Source: an uncultured Candidatus Binatia bacterium (lineage in GTDB: Bacteria > Desulfobacterota > Binatia > UBA9968 > JAJDTQ01). Taken from it: a stretch of DNA of 64,000 nt. The notes below the pieces were generated by a model, which ran no database searches, had not been told where the DNA came from, and saw only the letters and a list, made by a program, of their open reading frames with translations. The stretch covers positions 2,922,322 through 2,986,321 of the forward strand of contig OZ241976.1 of the NCBI GenBank assembly GCA_965204205.1. Direction: 5' to 3'. Both the position numbers and the translations under genes were made by a program. Shown one piece after another: positions 20,673 through 29,470 of this stretch (the first letter of the stretch is position 1; each line of letters begins with the position of its first letter).

Positions 20673-23096
20673 ATGACCAAAGACGAACCGCAACGCCCCG
20701 ACGGCGCACCTCGACTCCTCGAGGGATACCGGGCCCTGGACCTCACCGACCGCAAGGGCCAACTGTGCGGCCGCTTCCTGGCCGACCTGGGCGTGGAGGT
20801 CGTCAAGATAGAGCCGCCCGGCGGCGACCCGATGCGGAGGGTTCCTCCCCTTGCCGGCGGCACCAGCCTCGTGTTCGCCCATCTCAACGCCAACAAGCGC
20901 ACGCTGGAGCTGGATCTTCAGCTTCAGGACCACCGCCACCGGTTGAAGGCGCTGGCCGGCGAGGCCGACATCCTCATCGAGAGCGGCGCGCCCGGATGGA
21001 TGGCCGCGATGGAATTGGACTACGACCGCCTCAGCGAGAACAACCCCGGTCTGATCATGGCGTCCATCACCGGCTTCGGCCAGTGGGGTCCCCACAGCGG
21101 CTTCGCCTACAACGACCTGGTGGTGTTCGCCATGTGCGGCCTGATGTCCATCTCCGGCGACCCGGACAGGCCGCCGTGCGCGCCGCCCGAGACCCAGGCA
21201 TACTACTTTGGGAGCCTGGTTGCCGCCCTCGGCATCGTGGCGGCGCTCCACCGCCGCGAGCGCACCGGCGCCGGCGACTGGATCGACGTCTCCATGCAGG
21301 AAGCGCTGGCCACCCAGGAGCACATGGTGCGGCTCTACGCCAACGAGCAGGAGATCCACACCCGCGCCGGCAGCCAGCACCAGCACGTGGCGCCCGCCAG
21401 GATCTTCCCCTGCCGGGACGGCTACGCCTACATGTACGTCAGCCGCCAGCACTGGAAGAAGTTCCTCGAGATCTGGCCCGACCACCCGAAGGAGTTCGAG
21501 GCGCCGGAGTACATGAACAACCTCTTCCGGCGCTCCCATGCCGACGTCATCAACCCGGCCGTGAGCGCCTTCACCCGGCGGCACACGGTGGAGGAGCTGA
21601 CCCGTCACCTGCAGTCCAACCACATCCCGTGCCTGCCGGTGAACCGGCCGCTGGGCTATCTCCGGGACCCGCACGTGGAGGGCCGGCATTTCGTCCAGGA
21701 GGTGACCTACCCGGACGGCGCCTCGCTGACCCAGCCGGCTCTTCCCTGCATCCTGAGCGGCACCAGGCCCCGGGTCACCGCTCCCGAAGCGGTTCCTCAA
21801 GGCTCTGGAGAGGTCTGGTCGTCGACAAGGAATCCCGGGCCGTCCGGCAACGGGGAACCGGCCGCTTCCGTCGAAGCCGGCGGGCAGGGGCTGCCGCTCC
21901 AGGGCATGCGGGTCCTGAGCTTCGACCACGTGCTGGCCGGTCCCTTCGGCATGATGATGCTGGCGGACCTGGGCGCGGAGGTCGTCAAGGTGGAATCGAG
22001 CAAGGGAGGCCTCGATCCCTTCCGTTTCTTCGGCACCGGCGACGATCCCAACGCGTCACCGCGCTTCCTGGAGTTCAACCGGAACAAGCGCTCCATCACG
22101 GTGAATCTCAAGCATCCCGAGGGGCCCGGCCTGATCCGGGAACTGGCTCAACACTGCGACCTGGTGCTGGACAACTTCGCGGTGCGGGTCATGCCGAAAC
22201 TGGGGCTCGACTATGACAGCCTGGTGGAGCACAAGCCGGACATCGTGACCATGCGGATGCCCGGACTGGGCACCACCGGCCCCAAGAAGGACTCCCTGAC
22301 CCTGGGCACCATCATCACCGCGTTCACCGGCTTCACCTCCCTGTGGAACGAATCCGCCGAGGTGGACCCGCCGGTGGGGTCGGGCACCGTGCTGCCGGAC
22401 TACGTGTCCGGGGTCATGGGCGCGATCCTGTCGGTGGCGGCCGCGCTCTACCGCCGGCGCACCGGCAAGGGGCTGGCCATGGACCTGGCCCAGGCGGAGG
22501 CGGCCGCCTTCCTCATCGGCGCCAGCATGATCCAGGCCGCCAGTACCGACACCGAGCCCGTTCCCGTGGGCAACCGCTCCCCGTACCACGCTCCCTGGGG
22601 CATTTACGCCTGCAAGGGCGACGACCGCTGGTGCGTCGTCGCCACCGAGGACGAGACTCAGTGGCGCAGCCTGGCGGCGGCCATCGAGCGGCCGGATCTG
22701 GTCGACGACGCGCGGTTCCGCGGTAGCGCGGACCGGCTCCGCAACCGCGAAGCGCTGGACGCCGTCCTAGAAGAATGGACGTGTGTCCATGACAACCATG
22801 AGGTCATGAGGCGGCTCCAGGAGGAAGGGGTCCCCTGCGGCGCGGTCCAGAACGGCGCCGATCTCGTGACCAACGACCCGCACCTCCAGACCCGGGGCTT
22901 TCTCGGCACCCACGACAACCCGCGCTTCGGGCGCATCACCCTGCCCTGCCTTCCCATCCGGTTCACGCGTTCCCCCGTGGAACAGGACTGGGCGTTCCCC
23001 GAGCTCGGACGGGACACGGACCGGACCCTGCGCGACATGCTCGGTTATGACGACGCGCGTATCCGGCGGCTGCGCGAGGACGGAGTGCTGGAGTAG
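20673..23096 (+). CDS. tandem-fused family III CoA-transferase (two CaiB/BaiF domains in one 807-aa polypeptide)
   Basis: Domain 1 begins RALDLTDRKGQLCGRFLADLGVEVVKIEPPGGDP. Domain 2 begins MRVLSFDHVLAGPFGMMMLADLGAEVVKVES. Both carry the family III N-terminal Rossmann-like signature, joined by a Gly/Ser/Pro-rich linker. Confidence 0.8.
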   Translation: MTKDEPQRPDGAPRLLEGYRALDLTDRKGQLCGRFLADLGVEVVKIEPPGGDPMRRVPPLAGGTSLVFAHLNANKRTLELDLQLQDHRHRLKALAGEADILIESGAPGWMAAMELDYDRLSENNPGLIMASITGFGQWGPHSGFAYNDLVVFAMCGLMSISGDPDRPPCAPPETQAYYFGSLVAALGIVAALHRRERTGAGDWIDVSMQEALATQEHMVRLYANEQEIHTRAGSQHQHVAPARIFPCRDGYAYMYVSRQHWKKFLEIWPDHPKEFEAPEYMNNLFRRSHADVINPAVSAFTRRHTVEELTRHLQSNHIPCLPVNRPLGYLRDPHVEGRHFVQEVTYPDGASLTQPALPCILSGTRPRVTAPEAVPQGSGEVWSSTRNPGPSGNGEPAASVEAGGQGLPLQGMRVLSFDHVLAGPFGMMMLADLGAEVVKVESSKGGLDPFRFFGTGDDPNASPRFLEFNRNKRSITVNLKHPEGPGLIRELAQHCDLVLDNFAVRVMPKLGLDYDSLVEHKPDIVTMRMPGLGTTGPKKDSLTLGTIITAFTGFTSLWNESAEVDPPVGSGTVLPDYVSGVMGAILSVAAALYRRRTGKGLAMDLAQAEAAAFLIGASMIQAASTDTEPVPVGNRSPYHAPWGIYACKGDDRWCVVATEDETQWRSLAAAIERPDLVDDARFRGSADRLRNREALDAVLEEWTCVHDNHEVMRRLQEEGVPCGAVQNGADLVTNDPHLQTRGFLGTHDNPRFGRITLPCLPIRFTRSPVEQDWAFPELGRDTDRTLRDMLGYDDARIRRLREDGVLE

Positions 23097-23148
23097 CGCG
23101 GCCCGCATCGCGAACTCGTCCTGTTCCGGAACTGTCTCGCAGTGAGGT

Positions 23149-23230
23149 TAGGGGCGACCGGCGGGTCGCCCCTACGGGATCACACCGCCGCGTAGCGGCA
23201 ACCGTAGAGGTGGCCGGCGGTCGCCCCTAC
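23149..23230. repeat. REP-like palindrome (full copy 23149-23175 plus half copy 23211-23230)
   Basis: TAGGGGCGACCGGCGGGTCGCCCCTAC is a perfect 27-bp palindrome. It sits between convergent genes and could act as a bidirectional terminator. Confidence 0.5.
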
Positions 23231-23248
23231 ACCGCAGCTCTTGGCGCT

Positions 23249-24025
23249 TCAGGGCTCGTAGGACAGGTTGGAACGGACCAGGTTGCTGATGCGCCGGTGC
23301 ATGGGGTTCTTGAGCTCTTCGCCGATGTGGGCCATGGCGCCCAGGGTGCGGCCGATGAGGGCGAAGGCCTTGGCCATCTGCCACTGGAGCCCCATGTCCG
23401 AAGCGATGGCGGCGATGGCGCCGGTGACGTTGATGGGCAGGCCCCGGTTGTAACGCGCCTCCGCGGCCTTCTTGATCTCTTCCAGGAGCTCGCAGTAGCG
23501 CCCGCGCACGCCGGTCTCGGCGGCGATCTCGTACAGCCGGTCGGCGCGGGGGTCGCCCTCGGAATGGGTGGCGTGGCCGATGCCGGCGATGCGCTGCTTG
23601 CGGGCGGCGTGGTCTTCCACCACCCCCTGGGCGGTGGCGGCCAGATCGGCGCCGTCGCTCTCCAGCGGCAGCGCGTCCTGCAGCATCTTGGCGCAGTACT
23701 CCGACGAGCCCAGGTGGACGCTGCCGGCCCCCAGCAGGGCGGCGGCCACCGCCCCCTGAATGGCCTCCGGCGCCGTCGACACCGTGAAGCGGGCGGCGAT
23801 GATGTTGCCCACCATGCCGTGCTCCACCAGCACGTTGAGCATGGCGTCGGTCATGCGCCCCTCGTCCTCGCTGGGAATCCGCCCCACCAGCATGAGGAAG
23901 GCCATCTGTCCGAAGCTGAGCTTGCCCAGGATGTCCTGGGTCAGGTCGATGTTGCGGACCAGCACCCGGTGCAGCTCGGCCTTGCCCAATCCGGTTACGA
24001 TCTTGGTCTTGTCTTCGCTCATCAA
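23249..24025 (-). CDS. citrate-synthase-fold protein, citryl-CoA lyase-like (short form)
   Basis: 258 aa. The IAGIGHATHSEGDPRA motif corresponds to the catalytic His/Asp segment (GHxVxxxxDPRA) of the citrate synthase / ATP-citrate lyase C-terminal domain. It lacks the large N-terminal part of true citrate synthases. Confidence 0.6.
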   Translation of the reverse strand: MMSEDKTKIVTGLGKAELHRVLVRNIDLTQDILGKLSFGQMAFLMLVGRIPSEDEGRMTDAMLNVLVEHGMVGNIIAARFTVSTAPEAIQGAVAAALLGAGSVHLGSSEYCAKMLQDALPLESDGADLAATAQGVVEDHAARKQRIAGIGHATHSEGDPRADRLYEIAAETGVRGRYCELLEEIKKAAEARYNRGLPINVTGAIAAIASDMGLQWQMAKAFALIGRTLGAMAHIGEELKNPMHRRISNLVRSNLSYEP

Positions 24026-24106
24026 GGTCTCCTTGCGGCCTGGCGTCAGGCCCTTGTCGGATTACGCTTCACTGATCCGACGTACACTTTTCTCCGGAAG
24101 CCGCGC

Positions 24107-26332
24107 TCACACGTCGATGCGGGTGTCCCAGAGGATCGGATCGCCGCCCATGGGCGGGCAGAACAGATCCACTTGCAACTGCACCTGGCAGCCCGGACAA
24201 CTGTACTCATGGTACTCGCCGATGTAGGGCTCGCCAGACGGCAACGCGTCCTCCATGTAGTCGTTCAGGTCCAGGATGCGGCGCAGCGCGTAGTTCTTGT
24301 AGTTCTCCTCGGCGCCGCAGTAGAGGTGGCCGCATTGGACGCAGCGGATGGCGTGTTGACCGTTTCGGCGGGCGATCTCGAGGCTCGCGTGGAAGCGCAG
24401 CACCGATTCGTACTCCCCCGCCTGCGCCGGGTCCAGCGCCGAGGTCTTCCCCGAGGGCGGCTCCCCGAGTTGTTTGCGCCCGGCGCGGATGCGCTCCCGC
24501 AGGCTCTGAGTGGCGGCCTCGTCCACGGAACGGCCGTCCCGGGCCAGCACCACGCCGTACACCTCCTCGCCGATCTTGGGGGTGAGCCAGCCGCGGCCGA
24601 AATCCCGCAACACCAGCGCGGGGTCACGTTCCAGCGGGTCCCCGAAACCGCCGCCCCCGGCCACGTAATCGATGAGGAGGCTCCCTTCCGGCAGCGCCAC
24701 GCGTTCCGGAACCCCGTCGGGATGGACCACCCGGCCCCAGGTGCCGTCGCGCATGCCGGCGCCGTCCGGGTACTCGCCCTGCCGGACCCGGTCCAGCAAC
24801 TCCATGCCCGCGTCCACCATGTAGCGCAGCACGCTCTTGCCGGTGGGGTAGCCGCCGCACAGGCCGTAACCGCCCTGGGCCACGCCGCCGTAGGGCTTGT
24901 AGTCCACGCTGCAGTCCTGGGAGCCGTAGATCCAGTAGACGCGGTAGCTGCCGAGGCCGCCGCGGTACTGGCCGAAGCCGCTGCCGTCGGGGTTGTGGCC
25001 ACGGGTGAAGTAGAGGAACGGGTACTGCATCTCGATGCGCTCGATGTCGCTGATGCCGGCGGAGGGAATGTTCATGTGGCCGCCGGTGTTGACGCCGTCC
25101 CGCAAGGGGGCGCCGCCCATGCCGGCGCCGTGGATGTCGTAGAGTCCCTGGGCCACGCGGATGCCGTCCCGGGTGTGGCCGCCGTAGAAGTAGCCGGGTC
25201 CGCCGGCGTAGGCCAGGTTGCCGGTGGTGGAGGCGTTGACGTCCTCGGCCCGTCCCGCCGCGTAGAGCATCTTGGAGACGCACTCGCAGATGGTGGAGAC
25301 CAGCACGTTGCCCACCCGCGGCGCGGCGCCGCAGGCCGCCGGGAAAGTGCAGTTCAGGATGGTGCCCTCGGGTATCTTGAGGGTCACCGGCTTCATCTTG
25401 CCGTCACTCCAGGGCACGTCCCAGAAGAGCGCGTTGGTGAGCGCCAGGGTGATGTGCGCGGCGGTGCTGGGAAAGGTGGAGTTGTGGTCGGTGTCGGTCT
25501 GCGGGCTGGTCCCCTCCAGGTCGAACTCCAGCTCGTCGCCCTTCTTGGTCATGGTGCAGTAGAGCTGCTGGGCCACGGCCTTGCGCGACTTGCGGTCCAG
25601 GGTAGTGACGTACTCCCGGGACACCCAGGTGCCGTCGGGCAGCGAGCGCAGCTTGGCGCGGGCCTTGGCCTCCGAGTCCTCGATCATGCGCCGGCCGGCA
25701 GCCTCGACGAACTCCGGACCGAACTTCTCCACCAGCCCGAGGTAGCGGTCGGCGCAGACGTTGTTGCCGGCGATCATGGCCTTCATGTCCAGGCCCACGT
25801 ACTGCGGGTCCCGGCACATGCCGGTGAGGGTGCGGAAAACGTCCTCGCGGAACTCGCCCTTCTCCACGATCTTGAGGCCGCTGATGCAGATGCCCTCGTG
25901 GAAGATCTCCAGCGCGCCTCCGCGCAACACCCCGCCGGTGTCGGCGGTGTGGGTGCTGGTGGCGGTCCAGGCGATCAGCTCGCCGTCGTAGAAGATGGGC
26001 TTGATGACCATCATGTCGTAGGTATGGGAGCCCGCCACGTAGGGGTCGTTGAAGAAGAACTGGTCGCCGTCGTAGAAGCCGGGCGACTCCTTGAAGTACT
26101 CCATCATGTTCTTGATGGCCTGGGAAGTGGCCGCGGCGAACCGCAGGTGGCCGGAGCACGCCAGCACCATGACGCCCTCGGTGTCGTAGAACGAGCTCAT
26201 GCACTCGCCGCCCTGGGCGACGATGGGAGAGGCGGTGACGCGCTGCAGCGTCATGCGGCCCTCTTCGCCGATCGCCCAGAGCCGGTGGAAGTACATTTCG
26301 TATTTTATAGGATCAACCGCTGTCGGTTCCAT
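24107..26332 (-). CDS. hydantoinase B / oxoprolinase family protein (acetone-carboxylase alpha-like), C-terminal Cys4 motif
   Basis: 741 aa HyuB-fold. The C-terminal CVQCGHLYC ... CPGCQ pair of CxxC motifs resembles the Zn site of acetone/acetophenone carboxylase alpha subunits. Confidence 0.8.
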   Translation of the reverse strand: MEPTAVDPIKYEMYFHRLWAIGEEGRMTLQRVTASPIVAQGGECMSSFYDTEGVMVLACSGHLRFAAATSQAIKNMMEYFKESPGFYDGDQFFFNDPYVAGSHTYDMMVIKPIFYDGELIAWTATSTHTADTGGVLRGGALEIFHEGICISGLKIVEKGEFREDVFRTLTGMCRDPQYVGLDMKAMIAGNNVCADRYLGLVEKFGPEFVEAAGRRMIEDSEAKARAKLRSLPDGTWVSREYVTTLDRKSRKAVAQQLYCTMTKKGDELEFDLEGTSPQTDTDHNSTFPSTAAHITLALTNALFWDVPWSDGKMKPVTLKIPEGTILNCTFPAACGAAPRVGNVLVSTICECVSKMLYAAGRAEDVNASTTGNLAYAGGPGYFYGGHTRDGIRVAQGLYDIHGAGMGGAPLRDGVNTGGHMNIPSAGISDIERIEMQYPFLYFTRGHNPDGSGFGQYRGGLGSYRVYWIYGSQDCSVDYKPYGGVAQGGYGLCGGYPTGKSVLRYMVDAGMELLDRVRQGEYPDGAGMRDGTWGRVVHPDGVPERVALPEGSLLIDYVAGGGGFGDPLERDPALVLRDFGRGWLTPKIGEEVYGVVLARDGRSVDEAATQSLRERIRAGRKQLGEPPSGKTSALDPAQAGEYESVLRFHASLEIARRNGQHAIRCVQCGHLYCGAEENYKNYALRRILDLNDYMEDALPSGEPYIGEYHEYSCPGCQVQLQVDLFCPPMGGDPILWDTRIDV

Positions 26333-26340
26333 CGAAGTCT

Positions 26341-26452
26341 CCTGAAATGCCGTCCTTCGACTTCGCTCGGCTTCGCCTCGCTACGCTCGGGACGAACGGT
26401 TGTGAATCCCATTTCCGCTCGTCCCGAGCGTAGCGAGGTCTGCCGAGCGAAG
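26341..26452. repeat. nested inverted-repeat intergenic element, copy B (inside the hyuA-hyuB operon spacer)
   Basis: Outer arms GTCCTTCGACTTCGC / GCGAAGTCGAAGGAC. Inner arms CGCTACGCTCGGGACGAACGG / CCGCTCGTCCCGAGCGTAGCG. Confidence 0.6.
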
Positions 26453-26481
26453 TCGAAGGACGCTTCAATTGATCTTGACTC

Positions 26482-28590
26482 CTAGATCTCCATCACCAGG
26501 TTCAGGTACTGGTCCACGGTCACCTTGGCGCCCGGCGGCACCGGAATGGTGGTGAAGGGCAGCTCCAGGACGGCCGGACCCGCTACCTCGTTGCCGGCGT
26601 TCAGCAGCGAGTTGTCGTACACCGGGGTCTCGATGAAGCCGCGCTCCGGCCTCGTGAAGTAGACGTTACGTTTGCCCTTGACGGCCTGGGAACCGTCCCC
26701 CTTCTCAATGAGCTGCGGCTTCAGCTCCGGCTTGGTGACCAGGCCCACGGCATCCACCCGGATGGCGCTGATCTCCATGCCGGCCTTGGTGTAGCCCGCG
26801 CCTACGCCGTAGAGCTCCTCGTACTTCTTCTCGAACATTTCCTGCAGTTCCCGCAGCCGCTCTTCGGTCATGCGGTCCCACGGCAGCGGGATCTCCACGC
26901 CGGCGGTCTGCCGGCGGTAGCGCATGGTGAAGAAACGGCGGTACTCCACCTGGTCGGCCTTGAAGCCCTCGCCGGTCATGATCTCCACCAGCTCGTTCTC
27001 GATGGTGTCCAGACGCTCGTTGGGTCCCTCGGGCTGGGCCGGGAAGATGTACTGGCAGGTCATGACACGGGTGTGGATGACGTCCGCCGCGGCCACGCCG
27101 AATGCGGAGAACACCGGCGAGGTAGGGAAGATATAGATCTTGTTGATGCCCAGCTCGGCGGAGAAGCCGGCGGAGTGCACCGGCCCGGCGCCGCCGAAGG
27201 CGTAGATGACGAACTCCTCGGGCAGGTGCCCGGTGCGCACCACCTGCTGGCGGATCAGGTCCGACATCTTGCTGTTGACGATGTCGTAGACTCCGGCCGC
27301 GGCCTCGACGTTGCTCAGCCCGAGCGGCTTGGCGATCTTCTCCTCCACCGCCTTCTCGGCCTTTTCCTTGTTGAGCGACTTGCGCCCGCCCAGGAAGTAG
27401 TCGGGATCGATGATGCCCAGCACCAGGTCGGCATCCGTGACCGTCACCTCCTCGCCGCCGGCGTCGTAGCAGACCGGCCCGGGGCTCGCGCCCGCGCTCT
27501 GGGGTCCCACCAGCAGACGCCCGGTCTCCTCGTCGACCCGCGCGATGGTGCCGCCGCCGGCGCCGATGGACTGGATGTCGATGATAGGCTGCAGCATGCG
27601 GAAACGCTCGACGATGGGCTCCGCCGCGTAACGCCAATAGCCCTCCGTGATGAGGCCCACGTCGAAGCTGGTGCCGCCCATGTCCGCGGTGATGACGTTG
27701 GGGTGGCCCAGCAGACCGGCCACGTAGGCGGACGCGATGGCGCCGCCGGCGGGCCCGGACTGGAGGTTGGACACCGGCGTGGCGTGGGCGCGGTGGGCCA
27801 CGCCGCCGTTTCCCTGCATGATCAGGAACGGCCCCTCCAGCCCGCCCTCCTCGAGCTTGGTCTGGAGCCCGCCGAGGTAGCGGTCCACGGTAGGGCCGAG
27901 GAAGCTGTTGATGATGGCGGTGTTGGCGCGGGCGTACTCACCGGCCACCTGGGCCAGCTCGCTGCCGAAGGACCAGAATACCGTGTTCGACGGGTCAGCC
28001 TCCCGGGCCAGGGCGCGCACGTCGTCTTCGTGCTTGGCGTTGGCCCAGGCGTGGAGCAGGCTCACCGCGATGGCCTCGCACCCTTCCTCGTCCACGAGCT
28101 TGCGGATCGCCTCCATCACGTCCTGCCGGGACAACGGCACCACCACCTCGCCGCGGTAGTCGATGCGCTCACGCACGCCCAGCACCCGCTCGCGGGGCAC
28201 CAGCGGCTCGGGCTTGGTGACCCAGGTGGCGTGGCGGATCTCCTCCTCGGAGAGGCCGTCCACCCGCCCGATGGCTCGCATGATCTCGGTGGTGTCCTCG
28301 AATCCGCGGGTGGTGATGAAACCCACCTTCACGCCCGTGCGGGTAATCAAGGCGTTGGTGGCCACGGTGCTGCCGTGCTTGAAGAGCACGGCCTGCTTCA
28401 GCAGATCGGCGCGGTCCACGTCCAGCACCAGGGCGGCTTCGGTGAGGGCGTCCATCACGCCCCGGGAGAACTCGTCCGGCGTCGTCGACGCCTTGGCGGT
28501 CCACACCTCCCCGCTGGGGGACATGACCACCACGTCCGTGAACGTCCCGCCTGTGTCGATACCGATGATGTAGTCCTTCGCTTCGGCCAT
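26482..28590 (-). CDS. hydantoinase A / oxoprolinase family ATP-dependent subunit (acetone-carboxylase beta-like)
   Basis: Start at MAEAKDYIIGIDTGGTFTDVV (ASKHA-type ATP-binding N-terminus). About 702 aa. Confidence 0.85.
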   Translation of the reverse strand: MAEAKDYIIGIDTGGTFTDVVVMSPSGEVWTAKASTTPDEFSRGVMDALTEAALVLDVDRADLLKQAVLFKHGSTVATNALITRTGVKVGFITTRGFEDTTEIMRAIGRVDGLSEEEIRHATWVTKPEPLVPRERVLGVRERIDYRGEVVVPLSRQDVMEAIRKLVDEEGCEAIAVSLLHAWANAKHEDDVRALAREADPSNTVFWSFGSELAQVAGEYARANTAIINSFLGPTVDRYLGGLQTKLEEGGLEGPFLIMQGNGGVAHRAHATPVSNLQSGPAGGAIASAYVAGLLGHPNVITADMGGTSFDVGLITEGYWRYAAEPIVERFRMLQPIIDIQSIGAGGGTIARVDEETGRLLVGPQSAGASPGPVCYDAGGEEVTVTDADLVLGIIDPDYFLGGRKSLNKEKAEKAVEEKIAKPLGLSNVEAAAGVYDIVNSKMSDLIRQQVVRTGHLPEEFVIYAFGGAGPVHSAGFSAELGINKIYIFPTSPVFSAFGVAAADVIHTRVMTCQYIFPAQPEGPNERLDTIENELVEIMTGEGFKADQVEYRRFFTMRYRRQTAGVEIPLPWDRMTEERLRELQEMFEKKYEELYGVGAGYTKAGMEISAIRVDAVGLVTKPELKPQLIEKGDGSQAVKGKRNVYFTRPERGFIETPVYDNSLLNAGNEVAGPAVLELPFTTIPVPPGAKVTVDQYLNLVMEI

Positions 28591-28627
28591 GTCTGTTCTT
28601 CCTCGTGATTCGTCCATCGCGTCCCGT

Positions 28628-29368
28628 TCAATTCATTACCAGGCCGCCATTGACGTTGAGCGTGTAGCCGGTGATGTAGGTGTTCTCGGGGCTCACGAGG
28701 AAGTAGAAGCCCTCGGCGATGTCTTCGGGCCGGCCGGTGCGCCCCATGGGGATGAGCGGCTTCCAGGCCTCTCGGGATCCGGGGGCGGCGTGGGCCAGCA
28801 CCCGCGGCGTGTCGGTGGGGCCGGGGGCCACGACGTTCACCAAGACTCCGTGGGGCGCCAGCTCCTGGGCCAGGGACTTGGTGAATCCGAGGATCCCGGC
28901 CTTGGCCGCCGAATAGGGCGTGCGCAGGGCGCAGCCGGTGAGCCCGTAGTTGGACGCGGTGTTGACGATGCGGCCGCTCCCCTGCTCCATCATCACCGGG
29001 GCTACCTCGCGGCAGAAGAGAAAGGTCCCCTTGAGGTTGACGTCCAGCACCTCCCGCCACTCGGCCCAGGACAGTTCCTCCACGGCCTTGGTGTGGATGG
29101 TGCCGCCGGCGAGGTTGCAGAGGATGTCCACGGAGGCGAAATCCTTGCGGACCCGCGCCACGACGTCCTTGATGTCGGCGGCCCGGGTGACGTCGACACC
29201 GTAGGCGCGCGCGTGCGCACCCTCGGCGGTCAGCTCGTTCACCACCTGTTCGGCGCCCTCCCGGTCCGCGTCGGCAATGGCGAGGGCGATGCCGGCGCGG
29301 GCGAAACGGAACGCGACGCAACGGCCGATGCCGTTGGCGCCGCCTGAAATGATGGCCACGTCGCTCAA
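28628..29368 (-). CDS. short-chain dehydrogenase/reductase (SDR)
   Basis: SGGANGIG cofactor-binding motif and YSAAK catalytic motif. Confidence 0.85.
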   Translation of the reverse strand: MSDVAIISGGANGIGRCVAFRFARAGIALAIADADREGAEQVVNELTAEGAHARAYGVDVTRAADIKDVVARVRKDFASVDILCNLAGGTIHTKAVEELSWAEWREVLDVNLKGTFLFCREVAPVMMEQGSGRIVNTASNYGLTGCALRTPYSAAKAGILGFTKSLAQELAPHGVLVNVVAPGPTDTPRVLAHAAPGSREAWKPLIPMGRTGRPEDIAEGFYFLVSPENTYITGYTLNVNGGLVMN

Positions 29369-29402
29369 CTCGGGCTCCTTCCTTGGCTTGCGGTGACCTG
29401 AA

Positions 29403-29426
29403 AGGGCGACCGCCGGTCGCCCCTAC
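29403..29426. repeat. REP-like palindrome copy
   Basis: AGGGCGACCGCCGGTCGCCCCTAC between the SDR start and the UbiD stop. Confidence 0.5.
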
Positions 29427-29470
29427 CGGGCTCCGCCTCGATCCAGTTCCAAATGACGCCGGTCAGGCTC

